A stretch of DNA of 64,000 nt, taken from assembly GCA_000092065.1 (NCBI GenBank), contig CP000584.1, one strand, 5' to 3'. This DNA comes from Ostreococcus lucimarinus (Eukaryota). Below the pieces are notes generated by a model. The model saw nothing but the letters and a program-made list of their open reading frames with translations. It was not told where the DNA came from and did not search any database. Positions 56,200 to 64,000 of this stretch are shown one piece after another. Positions within the stretch are counted from its first letter, which is position 1, and the number at the start of each line of letters is the position of its first letter. Position numbers and translations under genes: made by a program.

Positions 56200-57912
56200 A
56201 TGTCGCGCGCGCGCGACGTCGCCTCGCGCCTCGCGCGCGCGTCGTACGCCACGAGCTCGAAACCGTACGTCGTTCTCGGCGGTCGCGGCGTCGCGCGGCG
56301 CGCGACGTCGCGGGGAGACGGCGGAAAGAATCAAACGCCGGGACGACGCGGCTGGTCGACGCCCGCGCGCGGCGCGCTGTTCGTCGCGGCGTCCGCGTAC
56401 GTCGCGTGGACGCACCTGAGCGCGAGCGAGGAAGACGACGTCGAGCGCGAGCGGGCGACGGTGGAGAACTGGAGCGGGACGAAGCGGGTGGAGTGCGAAA
56501 AGGTGCTGACGCCGGAGAGCGCGGAGGCGCTCGAGCGCGCGGTGCGAAGCGGGAAGCATCGGAAGCTGCGCCCGTGCGGAAGCGCGCTGAGCCCGAATGG
56601 GGTGGCGTTTGAGGAGCGCGGGATGCTGTCGATGGCGCTCCTGGACGAGGTGCTGGAGGTGGACGCGGAGAAGAAACTGTTGCGCGTGCAGGCGGGCGCG
56701 AGGGTGCGGGAAGTCGTCGAGGCGTTGCGTCCGCACGGGTTGACGCTGCAAAACTACGCGAGCATTCGAGAACAACAGATGGGTGGGTTCACGCAAGTCG
56801 GCGCGCACGGCACGGGGGCGAGGATTCCGCCCGTGGATGAAACGGTGGTGGAGATGAAACTCGTGACGCCGGCGCGCGGAACGCTGACGTTGTCGGCGAC
56901 GAGCGAGCCAGAGTTGTTTAAATTAGCAAAATGTGGTATCGGCGCGCTCGGTGCGGTGACGGAGCTTACGATAAAGTGCGTAGACGCGCATAAATTAGTG
57001 GAAAACACGTGGACGGCAACACCAGGGGAGATCGAAAAGAATCACGAAAAATGGCTGCGCGAGTATCAACACATTCGGTACATGTGGATTCCACACACAG
57101 AGACCGTGGTGGTCGTCGCCAGTAATCCGTTGAAACCTGGCGAGCGAGAGCCTTGGATTAGATCGGGAATGTCGGAGAAGAAGCGCGTCGAACCGCTCGT
57201 GCGTTTGCTCAAAGAAGTCGCGCCAGACGTGAATCCGGAGAACATGGGCTTTGGACAACTTCGCGACGAACTGCTTAAGGTGAATCCTTTAGACTTCGAG
57301 CACGTCAAGCGAGTGAACGCCGCGGAAGCAGAGTTTTGGAAGCGGAGCACGGGGACGCGAGTCGACTGGAGCGATCAAATACTCGGTTTTGATTGCGGTG
57401 GACAGCAGCACGTGCTCGAAGTCGCGTTTCCGGCGGGCGAGTTGGAATCGACACCGCCCGCGAGCGACGCACCGCTTCGCGCCGACTTGCGATTCATGCG
57501 CGATCTCCGACGACTGATCGTGGAGAATCAAATCCCTGCACATGCGCCGATCGAGCAACGTTGGACGAGCGGGAGCTCGTCGCCGATGTCGCCCTCTGCC
57601 GGGTCGCCGAATTCGCTTCACTCGTGGGTCGGCATAATCATGTACCTCCCCACCACGGTTGAAGCCGAACGCGAAGCCATCACCAATGCTTTCACGGAGT
57701 ACGGCTACAAAGAGTTCGACGCGCTCGGCGACAAGTACGAACTCCGCACACACTGGGCAAAGATCGAGGTTCCCGAGGACATTCGCCGACTCGATAAGAC
57801 GCGAACCAAGCTCCGCGAGCACTACCCGGTGAAGGAGTTCAACGCCGCCCGCAAGTACCTCGATCCCTACGGCGTGTTTACGAACGGCATCATAGCCAGC
57901 CTGTTCAAGTGA
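56200..57912 (+). CDS. GLDH: L-galactono-1,4-lactone dehydrogenase (mitochondrial, last step of ascorbate synthesis)
   Basis: ATVENWSGTKRVECEKVLTPESAEALERAVRSGKHRKLRPCGSALSPNGVAFEERGMLSMALLDEVLEVDAEKKLLRVQAGARVREVVEALRPHGLTLQNYASIREQQMGGFTQVGAHGTGARIPPVDE is colinear with plant GLDH (TVSNWSGTHEVQTRNF...RPVGSGLSPNG...LQNFASIREQQIGGIIQVGAHGTGARLPPIDE). The C-terminal APIEQRWT...WVGIIMYLPT...HWAKIE block is present. ATG at 56200. Confidence 0.9.
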   Translation: MSRARDVASRLARASYATSSKPYVVLGGRGVARRATSRGDGGKNQTPGRRGWSTPARGALFVAASAYVAWTHLSASEEDDVERERATVENWSGTKRVECEKVLTPESAEALERAVRSGKHRKLRPCGSALSPNGVAFEERGMLSMALLDEVLEVDAEKKLLRVQAGARVREVVEALRPHGLTLQNYASIREQQMGGFTQVGAHGTGARIPPVDETVVEMKLVTPARGTLTLSATSEPELFKLAKCGIGALGAVTELTIKCVDAHKLVENTWTATPGEIEKNHEKWLREYQHIRYMWIPHTETVVVVASNPLKPGEREPWIRSGMSEKKRVEPLVRLLKEVAPDVNPENMGFGQLRDELLKVNPLDFEHVKRVNAAEAEFWKRSTGTRVDWSDQILGFDCGGQQHVLEVAFPAGELESTPPASDAPLRADLRFMRDLRRLIVENQIPAHAPIEQRWTSGSSSPMSPSAGSPNSLHSWVGIIMYLPTTVEAEREAITNAFTEYGYKEFDALGDKYELRTHWAKIEVPEDIRRLDKTRTKLREHYPVKEFNAARKYLDPYGVFTNGIIASLFK

Positions 57913-58083
57913 GTATATGTAACTTTAGTGCATTAGTTCTAGCGCGACGAGCTGGGGCAGTCGCCTCCAGTCGCCAAATAACCTCCTATCCTCGAGTGGC
58001 CGTCTATATGGGTATTCAGTATCGTCAGACGAAAAGTCACGACGCATCGAGCCCCGAGTCGAGAGAACCGGACTCGGCGCGAG

Positions 58084-59049
58084 ATGGAGGTCGACTCCGA
58101 CGACGACACGTGGCGATTGAACTTGAACGATGCGTGGACGTCGGACAGCGAAGGCGAGGTGCGCGCGAAACCGTCCACGAGCGCGGCAAAATTCGCTCGA
58201 GCCGAACTTGACGCGGTGAACGTGGATATCGACGCGGCACCGGCGACCACGACGGCGCCGCGCGGAGACGTCAACGCGTCGAAATACGCGTTGACGCTGC
58301 CGAATGAGCTCGGTGTGTTGACGGTAGCGCAAATTCACAAGTGCGAGCTCGGAACGGTGGTTTGGAACGCGGCGCTGATTCTGTGCGACTGGTTGAGAGC
58401 GAACGCGGGGACGCTGCGAGGCCGCACTATTTTGGAAGTCGGCGCGGGTTGCGGAGCGTGTGGGTTTTACGCCGCGGCGTGCGGCGCGGATTGCATCATC
58501 GCCGACTGCGGTCCGCAAACAATGCTTAACTTAGAAAAGACGCTCGCGTGTTACGAGAATTTAGTCGCGAAGCGACCAGGTGGTGGATCGTTTGCGGGAA
58601 ACGTCAAAATTCGGCGTCACTTGTGGGAGGAGGATTTTGAAATCCTTGAGGCTCGACGACTCGGAGAGATTCCTGGGCGCGTCAGACATTGGTCGAACGT
58701 GGGAGTTTTTGAGAACGAGGGCGCTGGCTTCGCGGCGCCAATGGCGCCAACGGATGTCTTCGACATCGTCATCGGCTCCGACTTGTTGTACTTTTCAAGC
58801 CAGGAAGAGAGCTTGCTCGCGGCACTTCGTTTGCGTCTAAAGCCAGGAAGAGTGTGTTACATCGTTCAAACGTTGCGCACGAATAACGCCGAAGTCTTCG
58901 CACGATTCGTTCTCGCAGCGCGCAGATACTTTGTCGTGGACATTGTATCCGCGTCGCTTCCTAATGCGAATGTTTTTTTGCGAGCCAAGGAGACGCCGCA
59001 CGCCCTGTTAGACGACCCGTATAGATTATTGACGCTCCGACCGCTGTAG
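58084..59049 (+). CDS. protein-lysine methyltransferase, Methyltransf_16 (METTL21/FAM86/Nnt1) family
   Basis: ATG at 58084. GTVVWNAALILCDWLRANAGTLRGRTILEVGAGCGACGFYAAACGA (motif I)...DIVIGSDLLYF (post-II) is the family signature. Confidence 0.75.
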   Translation: MEVDSDDDTWRLNLNDAWTSDSEGEVRAKPSTSAAKFARAELDAVNVDIDAAPATTTAPRGDVNASKYALTLPNELGVLTVAQIHKCELGTVVWNAALILCDWLRANAGTLRGRTILEVGAGCGACGFYAAACGADCIIADCGPQTMLNLEKTLACYENLVAKRPGGGSFAGNVKIRRHLWEEDFEILEARRLGEIPGRVRHWSNVGVFENEGAGFAAPMAPTDVFDIVIGSDLLYFSSQEESLLAALRLRLKPGRVCYIVQTLRTNNAEVFARFVLAARRYFVVDIVSASLPNANVFLRAKETPHALLDDPYRLLTLRPL

Positions 59050-59119
59050 CCAACGACGATGTAAACTCTACCAAACGCTATGAATACATTAATACATATA
59101 GACGCCGAATACTACCGCT

Positions 59120-59761
59120 CTAAGGCTCGCGAGGCGTCGTCGACGGCAACTTGACTCTTTTCCCAGGAAGCTGCCCGTCGTCGGCGGCGGTTTGCAAGTC
59201 TGCGTGGTACATCGCCGCGAACACGGTGGCGTCGCGCACGCGACGCATTGCCCGCACGTCTACTCTCGTCGCGAGCGGTTTTGGTTTCCCGTAGTTCGGC
59301 TCGCGCGTTCTCGACTCTCGTCCTCCAAGCTTCGCCCCGCGTCCAACGCCGCCCGCACCCGTTCTTCCCATTCCCCTATCAGCCCTTCCAACCGCTTTCC
59401 TCTCGCCCGTCGCGCCTCCGCCGCGTTCGCTCGTCGCGTTCGCCTTGTTCTTCGCGCTCGCGCTCGCGTTCGCGTTCGCGTCGCGCGCCGCCGCCCCCCC
59501 ATCGCATCTCCTCAGCGCGTGCGTCACGAGCCCGTCCTCGAGCACCACCCTCCCGCACGTTTCGCACCGCACCAGCAGCCGCACGACGTCCTCGATCGAC
59601 GTCAGCGGCGCGACTTTCGCGCCGATGCCGAACACCTCGGTCGCCACGCGCGCGACGTCCTCGGCGCGCGCGCGCCTCAGGAACGGCGGCAGGCGCGCGA
59701 TGAGCGCGCGTTCGACGTCCGTCGCGTCGTCGGCGTCCCCGCCGTCGTCGCGCGGCGGCAT
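59120..59761 (-). CDS. hypothetical protein with an Sgf11-like C2HC zinc finger
   Basis: ATG at 59761. CETCGRVVLEDGLVTHALRRC is C-x2-C-x11-H-x4-C, against C-x2-C-x11-H-x3-C in Sgf11/ATXN7L3. The rest is low complexity; a weak call. Confidence 0.3.
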   Translation of the reverse strand: MPPRDDGGDADDATDVERALIARLPPFLRRARAEDVARVATEVFGIGAKVAPLTSIEDVVRLLVRCETCGRVVLEDGLVTHALRRCDGGAAARDANANASASAKNKANATSERGGGATGERKAVGRADRGMGRTGAGGVGRGAKLGGRESRTREPNYGKPKPLATRVDVRAMRRVRDATVFAAMYHADLQTAADDGQLPGKRVKLPSTTPREP

Positions 59762-59835
59762 GTCGCGCGCGGCGGCGACGGCGTTCGCGCGCGCGCGCGT
59801 CGTCGACTGACGTTCCGCATTGCGCGACTCGACGC

Positions 59836-60879
59836 ATGGCGACGACGCGCTGCGTCGCGCGCGGCGTCGCGCCGCGCGAGCGCGCGCGAGCGCGCGCCGA
59901 CGCGTCCTCGCGCGCGCGCGGCGCCGCGCGCGCGCCGACGCGACGCGCGGCGTCGAGCGAAGACGTCGACGGCAGCGGCAGCGGCGATCGACCGACGACG
60001 ACGACGCGCCGACGCGCGCTCGCGGCGTCGCTCGCGCTCGCGCGCGCGGTGACGATCGACCTCGGTGCGGTGCGCGCGCCGAGCGCGCGCGCGGCGTCGT
60101 CGACGTTCGACGACGATCCGTTCGCGCGGAACGACGGGGCGAGAGTTTTGGATAGAGTCAAGACGAGCGGGACGGCGGCGACGACGACGGATGAGGGGCG
60201 CGCGAAACCCGGCGTGTCGACGGAGACGGAGGCGGCGAAGGACGAAACGGTGAGAGATGAAGCGGTGAGAGGCGCGGCGGCGGCGCCGGAGGCGGCGCCG
60301 GGGCCGGAAGCGGTGTCGAAACCGGCGGCGCCGAAACCGGCGCCGCCTCGCGTCACGGAGAGCTCGACCAAGGTGGACACGAAGGCTTTGCTCAATAACA
60401 CGCGCATCAAGACGTACAACAACGCCCCGGTTGATTTTCCGGCGTTCTTGCGCGAAGGTTACGACGTTAAAGTGATTCATGGGAATGATTACACCGTTCG
60501 CGAAGACGGGCTCATCGTGAAGGATTACTTGATAGGCGAGGGCGAGTCGCCGAAGGATAATCAAGAGTGTACTTTCAATTACGTCGCGTACAACGAGAAC
60601 GGCGGGACGATCGACAGTACGTACCGTCGCGGCGCGCCCGCGAGCACGCGTTTGGGGATCAACGGCATGATTCCTGGTTTCGAACTCGGGATCAAGGATA
60701 TGCGACCGGGAGGCAAGCGCAGAATCATCGTCCCGCCCGAGCTCGGCCCGCCCACCGGTCCCGCCACGTTTTTCTCGGCCAAGCAGTGGGAGGTCTTCGA
60801 CATCGAACTCTTGGACGTCAAGTCGTGCTCTCGCGCGGGCGGCTTGGGTTCGTTCGGCTCGAACATCGTGTGCGAGTAG
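59836..60879 (+). CDS. FKBP-type peptidyl-prolyl isomerase, thylakoid-lumen type (transit peptide plus twin-arginine signal)
   Basis: ATG at 59836. The Tat motif is TRRRALAASLALARAVT. The FKBP domain is VKDYLIGEGESPKDNQECTFNYVAYNENGGTIDSTYRRGAPASTRLGINGMIPGFELGIKDMRPGGKRRIIVPPELG...WEVFDIELLDV. Confidence 0.85.
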   Translation: MATTRCVARGVAPRERARARADASSRARGAARAPTRRAASSEDVDGSGSGDRPTTTTRRRALAASLALARAVTIDLGAVRAPSARAASSTFDDDPFARNDGARVLDRVKTSGTAATTTDEGRAKPGVSTETEAAKDETVRDEAVRGAAAAPEAAPGPEAVSKPAAPKPAPPRVTESSTKVDTKALLNNTRIKTYNNAPVDFPAFLREGYDVKVIHGNDYTVREDGLIVKDYLIGEGESPKDNQECTFNYVAYNENGGTIDSTYRRGAPASTRLGINGMIPGFELGIKDMRPGGKRRIIVPPELGPPTGPATFFSAKQWEVFDIELLDVKSCSRAGGLGSFGSNIVCE

Positions 60880-60947
60880 TTCACTTCATTTGTAACGACG
60901 TGCTAGCCAGCGTAGACGACCGAGACGCACACCTCGACGCGTCAGCC

Positions 60948-61859
60948 ATGCTCGGACTCGACGCGTACGGGTCGTCCAGCGACGACGATGCGCAGGAACG
61001 AGAACCCTCGCCGGCGCCGCGCGCGCGCGAGGCGCGCGTCGACGCCCCGCGCCCAGCGGCGGCGCAGAAACCGAGCTTTGGAAATCTCCCGAAACCCGGC
61101 GGCGCGCGACGCGTGGTGACGATTCCAGCGCCCGCGCTCGCGCGCGCGCTCGAGGACGACGACGACAGCGATTCAGACGATCACGCGGCGAAGCGCGCGC
61201 GACGCGCGGGAGCGAACGCGGAGGCGAGCGGTGGGAAAATAGGGAGCCTGGCGGCGGCGTTGCCCAAGCCTAAACGCGCGTTGGGGGGCGGCGGCGGCGG
61301 TCTCGGCGGTGGCGGCGGCGGCGTGATGCTGGATTTAGGTGACGGTGGCAAAGACTCAGTCGCGCGGGGGCACGACGAGGACGAGGACGAGGATGAGGAC
61401 GAGGAGGCGGGTCCGAGCGCGCACGCGGCGTCGATGTACGCGGTGGACGACGACGGCGAATACGTCAATCGCGACGCGCACGTATACGCCGCAGACGCGT
61501 ACGCGGTGAGTGACGACGCGGAGCAGACACGTGCAAATCTCAGCTCGGGAGACTTTGTCGATCAAGCGCTCGCGGCGGCGGCCAAGGTGGAGCGCGAGCG
61601 ACACGGTCGCGATATTGAGATTATGACGATCTCCGCGGACGACTTGCGCAAAGCGCCTCAACGCCCGGGGGCGGCTATCATCCAGCACGAAGGCGCGCTA
61701 TCGAACATTCATACCACGCAGACCAGCGCAACGGCGAAGCATAAGCATCAGCTCACATCGTTACTGCACGAGGCCAAGGTTGAGGAATCGCGCATCCTCG
61801 AAGCCGGTCTCAAGGCGAATCAAACGCGCGCGACGAATCGACGCAAGTACGGCTGGTGA
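60948..61859 (+). CDS. PRCC: PRCC-like protein (proline-rich mitotic checkpoint/splicing-associated)
   Basis: The N-terminus MLGLDAYGSSSDDDAQE matches human PRCC MSLVAYASSDESEPDE. The C-terminus KHKHQLTSLLHEAKVEE...RRKYGW matches human QRKHQITYLIHQAKERE...AKYGF. ATG at 60948; ORF-track upstream parts are low complexity. Confidence 0.7.
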   Translation: MLGLDAYGSSSDDDAQEREPSPAPRAREARVDAPRPAAAQKPSFGNLPKPGGARRVVTIPAPALARALEDDDDSDSDDHAAKRARRAGANAEASGGKIGSLAAALPKPKRALGGGGGGLGGGGGGVMLDLGDGGKDSVARGHDEDEDEDEDEEAGPSAHAASMYAVDDDGEYVNRDAHVYAADAYAVSDDAEQTRANLSSGDFVDQALAAAAKVERERHGRDIEIMTISADDLRKAPQRPGAAIIQHEGALSNIHTTQTSATAKHKHQLTSLLHEAKVEESRILEAGLKANQTRATNRRKYGW

Positions 61860-61987
61860 TTGTAATTAGATGTGTGATGATTAGATATTCTAGTGCATGC
61901 AGCTCGCGCGTTCCAAAAAAAGCTATTGATGCGTCGCGCGTCGCGCAGTCGGCGTTTCGATTCGTCGTCGCGTTCTCGCCACCGCTC

Positions 61988-62443
61988 TTAAAGTTCATTT
62001 TCGATGACTGAAATCACCGTCTCCGCCGGCAGCATCCCTTCCGTGCGCAGCGCGGGTTTGGACGAGTCCGTGCTCACGAACACCAGCGTGGGCAAGCCTT
62101 GAATCTGCAACTGCGTCGCCAAATCGCTCTCCTCGTCCGTGTCCACCTTCACGCACTGCACCTTGTCCCCGAGCTGTTCCTGCACCTTCTCCAGCTCGCT
62201 CGACATCAGCACGCACGGCCCGCACCACGTGGCGTAGAAATCAATCACCATCGGTCGATCACGGTTCGCCATCGCGATCTCCAGCTCCTCGGCGTTCATC
62301 TTTTGCACCGCACCGCAGCGAATCGTCCCCGCCCGCGCGGGTTTCGTCGTCGCGCGTCGCGCGCTCTTCGCGCTCGCGCGCATCGACGCGCAGGTGCGGC
62401 GCATCGCGAGCGCGTTCGCGCATCTCGTCGTCGCGCGTTCCAT
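61988..62443 (-). CDS. TRX: thioredoxin (plastid-type, with transit peptide)
   Basis: MVIDFYATWCGPCVLMSSELEKVQEQLGDKVQCVKVDTDEESDLATQLQIQGLPTLVF has the WCGPC active site. ATG at 62443 (MERATTRCANALAMRRTCASMRAS, transit-like). The ORF-track extension to 63103 is Arg/His-rich and antisense to the hydrolase gene. Confidence 0.85.
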   Translation of the reverse strand: MERATTRCANALAMRRTCASMRASAKSARRATTKPARAGTIRCGAVQKMNAEELEIAMANRDRPMVIDFYATWCGPCVLMSSELEKVQEQLGDKVQCVKVDTDEESDLATQLQIQGLPTLVFVSTDSSKPALRTEGMLPAETVISVIENEL

Positions 62444-62569
62444 CGTTCGCGGGTCGTTCGCGAGTCGGTCGTCGTTCGTCGAGCGCGACGCGAAGTGTCG
62501 AGAATAATCGCGCGAGTCCACGTCCACGTCGGCACAAAGAGACGTCGCGCGGCGACGACGGTGGCCGGC

Positions 62570-63781
62570 ATGCGAGCCACGACGACGACGATGACGACGC
62601 GCGCGCCCGCGGTCGCGCGAACGCGCGCGCGATCGAGCGCGCGACGTGCGACGACGTTGAAGATGACGATGCCGATGACGACGACGACGGCCGAGGCGTC
62701 GACGGGACGCCGCGTGGCGACGCGATCGACGACGACGAGACGCGAGGATGGGACGATGCGATCGCGCGTGCGCGCGCGCGCGTCGACGATGGACTCGATC
62801 TCCGCGCGCGGGGCGTTGGAGCTCGAGACGGACGCGCGAGGCGTCGAACGCGTGAAGCTTCGGGAGTCGGGATGGAACACGTGGAATTGGCGAGGGTACG
62901 CGTGTAATTACATCTCCGCGGGAGAGGATAACGATGGACCGATCGTGACATTGGTGCACGGGTTCGGGGCGCACAGCTATCACTGGAGGTACACGATTCC
63001 CGCGCTCGCGCGCGCGGGATATCGCGTGTACGCGCTGTGCATGTTGGGATACGGTTGGTCGCCCAAGGTGGAGGAGGAGTATTGCATGGAGTTCTGGGGC
63101 CAACAGGTTGTCGATTTCACGAAAGAAGTCGCTGGGGCATCGGAGACGGATAAGACGATCATTGTCGGGAACTCGATTGGAGCGTTGGCGGCGTTGTTCG
63201 CCGCGAGCACGCAGCCGCAGGCGTGCAAGGGATTGTGTTTGGTGAACTCCGCGGGTAACTTTGAACCAGACGCCGCACCGGGGCCGGAGAAGAAGACGTT
63301 AGCGCAACGCGCGGTGGGCGACGCGAAAGAAATCGACGGTAAGTCGGCTGATTCGTTCGCGGACAAGCTTCGCGAGACGTTCAGTCGCGCCGTGGCGACG
63401 GCCATCTTCTACTCCACCAAATTCCGCATCAGGCAGATTTTGAACCAAGTGTACGAGTTCGACGTCGACGACGACCTCGTCCGCTCGATCGATCTCGCGG
63501 CGCAAGACCCGGGCGCGATCAAAACGTTTTATCAGCTCTCCCTCGCCGGTTCGCGCACCAAAGTCAAAGCCGGCGACCTCTTGGCCGATTACGACGGCGA
63601 CTTAATGCTCCTCTGGGGCGAGAAAGATCCTTGGATGACCCCGACCAAGGCAGCGCGCATTCGCGAGATCAAGCCCAACGCCGTGTACGCTCCCGTCCTC
63701 GGCGGTCACTGCCCGCATGACGACGCCCCGACCGAATCCAACGCCGCGTTATTGCGTTGGGCCGAAACCTTACGCGCGTGA
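62570..63781 (+). CDS. alpha/beta-hydrolase fold protein (plastid-targeted)
   Basis: ATG at 62570 with a Thr/Arg-rich transit sequence. PIVTLVHGFGAHSYHW is the HG oxyanion hole, IIVGNSIGALAALF is the GxSxG nucleophile elbow, and a C-terminal GGHCPHDD carries the catalytic His. Confidence 0.75.
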   Translation: MRATTTTMTTRAPAVARTRARSSARRATTLKMTMPMTTTTAEASTGRRVATRSTTTRREDGTMRSRVRARASTMDSISARGALELETDARGVERVKLRESGWNTWNWRGYACNYISAGEDNDGPIVTLVHGFGAHSYHWRYTIPALARAGYRVYALCMLGYGWSPKVEEEYCMEFWGQQVVDFTKEVAGASETDKTIIVGNSIGALAALFAASTQPQACKGLCLVNSAGNFEPDAAPGPEKKTLAQRAVGDAKEIDGKSADSFADKLRETFSRAVATAIFYSTKFRIRQILNQVYEFDVDDDLVRSIDLAAQDPGAIKTFYQLSLAGSRTKVKAGDLLADYDGDLMLLWGEKDPWMTPTKAARIREIKPNAVYAPVLGGHCPHDDAPTESNAALLRWAETLRA

Positions 63782-63865
63782 TCCCGTCGCGCGCACCATT
63801 TACCACCTCAGCATCTATTTATTTATTGTAACCATCGTAGCACGCGAGCCGACGAAGCGCGAGGC

Positions 63866-63912
63866 GACCGACCGACCGACCGACGACCGACCGACCGACC
63901 GACCGACGACCC
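63866..63912. repeat. (CCGA)n tetranucleotide microsatellite with GACGA interruptions in the 3' flank of the hydrolase gene
   Basis: gaccgaccgaccgaccgacgaccgaccgaccgaccgaccgacgacc read directly. Confidence 0.6.
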
Positions 63913-64000
63913 AAACCGGCGACCGACCAGGCTAAAAAAGTCAGATTCGGTTCACGAATCGCCGGTACCCCCTCCCGCGTTTTTAGCGCATCGACATCGC

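Noticed and set aside
1-64000. Search for prokaryote-type novel systems: defence islands, CRISPR, toxin-antitoxin, integrases, transposons or operons
   Set aside because: The window is eukaryotic nuclear DNA: spliceosomal introns, an intron-containing Pol III tRNA, and monocistronic genes of eukaryotic families. I found no direct repeats with spacers, no transposase, integrase or RT motifs, and no operonic co-directional blocks. The only clustered functional pair is the HPAT and GT77 glycosyltransferases.

Overview
This 64-kb window is GC-rich, very gene-dense eukaryotic nuclear DNA. The gene content is plant/green-algal: Rubisco activase, plastidic dicarboxylate translocator, L-galactono-1,4-lactone dehydrogenase, a PsbP-like protein and an FKBP with twin-arginine thylakoid-lumen signals, plus HPAT/GT77 hydroxyproline-arabinosylation enzymes. 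The compactness (about 48 protein genes and 1 tRNA, roughly one gene per 1.3 kb), the high GC content, and the few short introns that all carry an ACTGAC branch point most resemble a Mamiellales picoalga such as Micromonas or Ostreococcus; this is inference. Genes alternate in orientation. Head-to-head pairs share 40-480 bp CpG-rich spacers, and tail-to-tail pairs are separated by only 23-220 bp AT-rich islands. Most genes are single-exon. I infer introns from sequence in six genes: a PET100-like microgene, ASF1, Rubisco activase, cytochrome c (three exons), a NOA1/YqeH GTPase, and tRNA-Lys, which carries a 109-nt intron. There are no CRISPR arrays, prokaryotic defence islands, transposases or rRNA, so no discrete novel system of the prokaryotic kind is visible. 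The novelty is domain-level: an ACT-ACT-cNMP-cNMP-AGC kinase, a secreted cysteine-repeat polyacidic His-rich protein, a glycine-cleavage H-protein-like and a methionine-sulfoxide-reductase-A-like protein that each lack the catalytic residue, a CobW_C-only protein, and two co-located Hyp-O-arabinosylation glycosyltransferases. Caution: several 'M' residues at ORF-track starts are GTG or TTG codons, so I re-derived starts from ATGs and domain boundaries. Many long Arg/Ala-rich ORFs are antisense or GC-driven artefacts.
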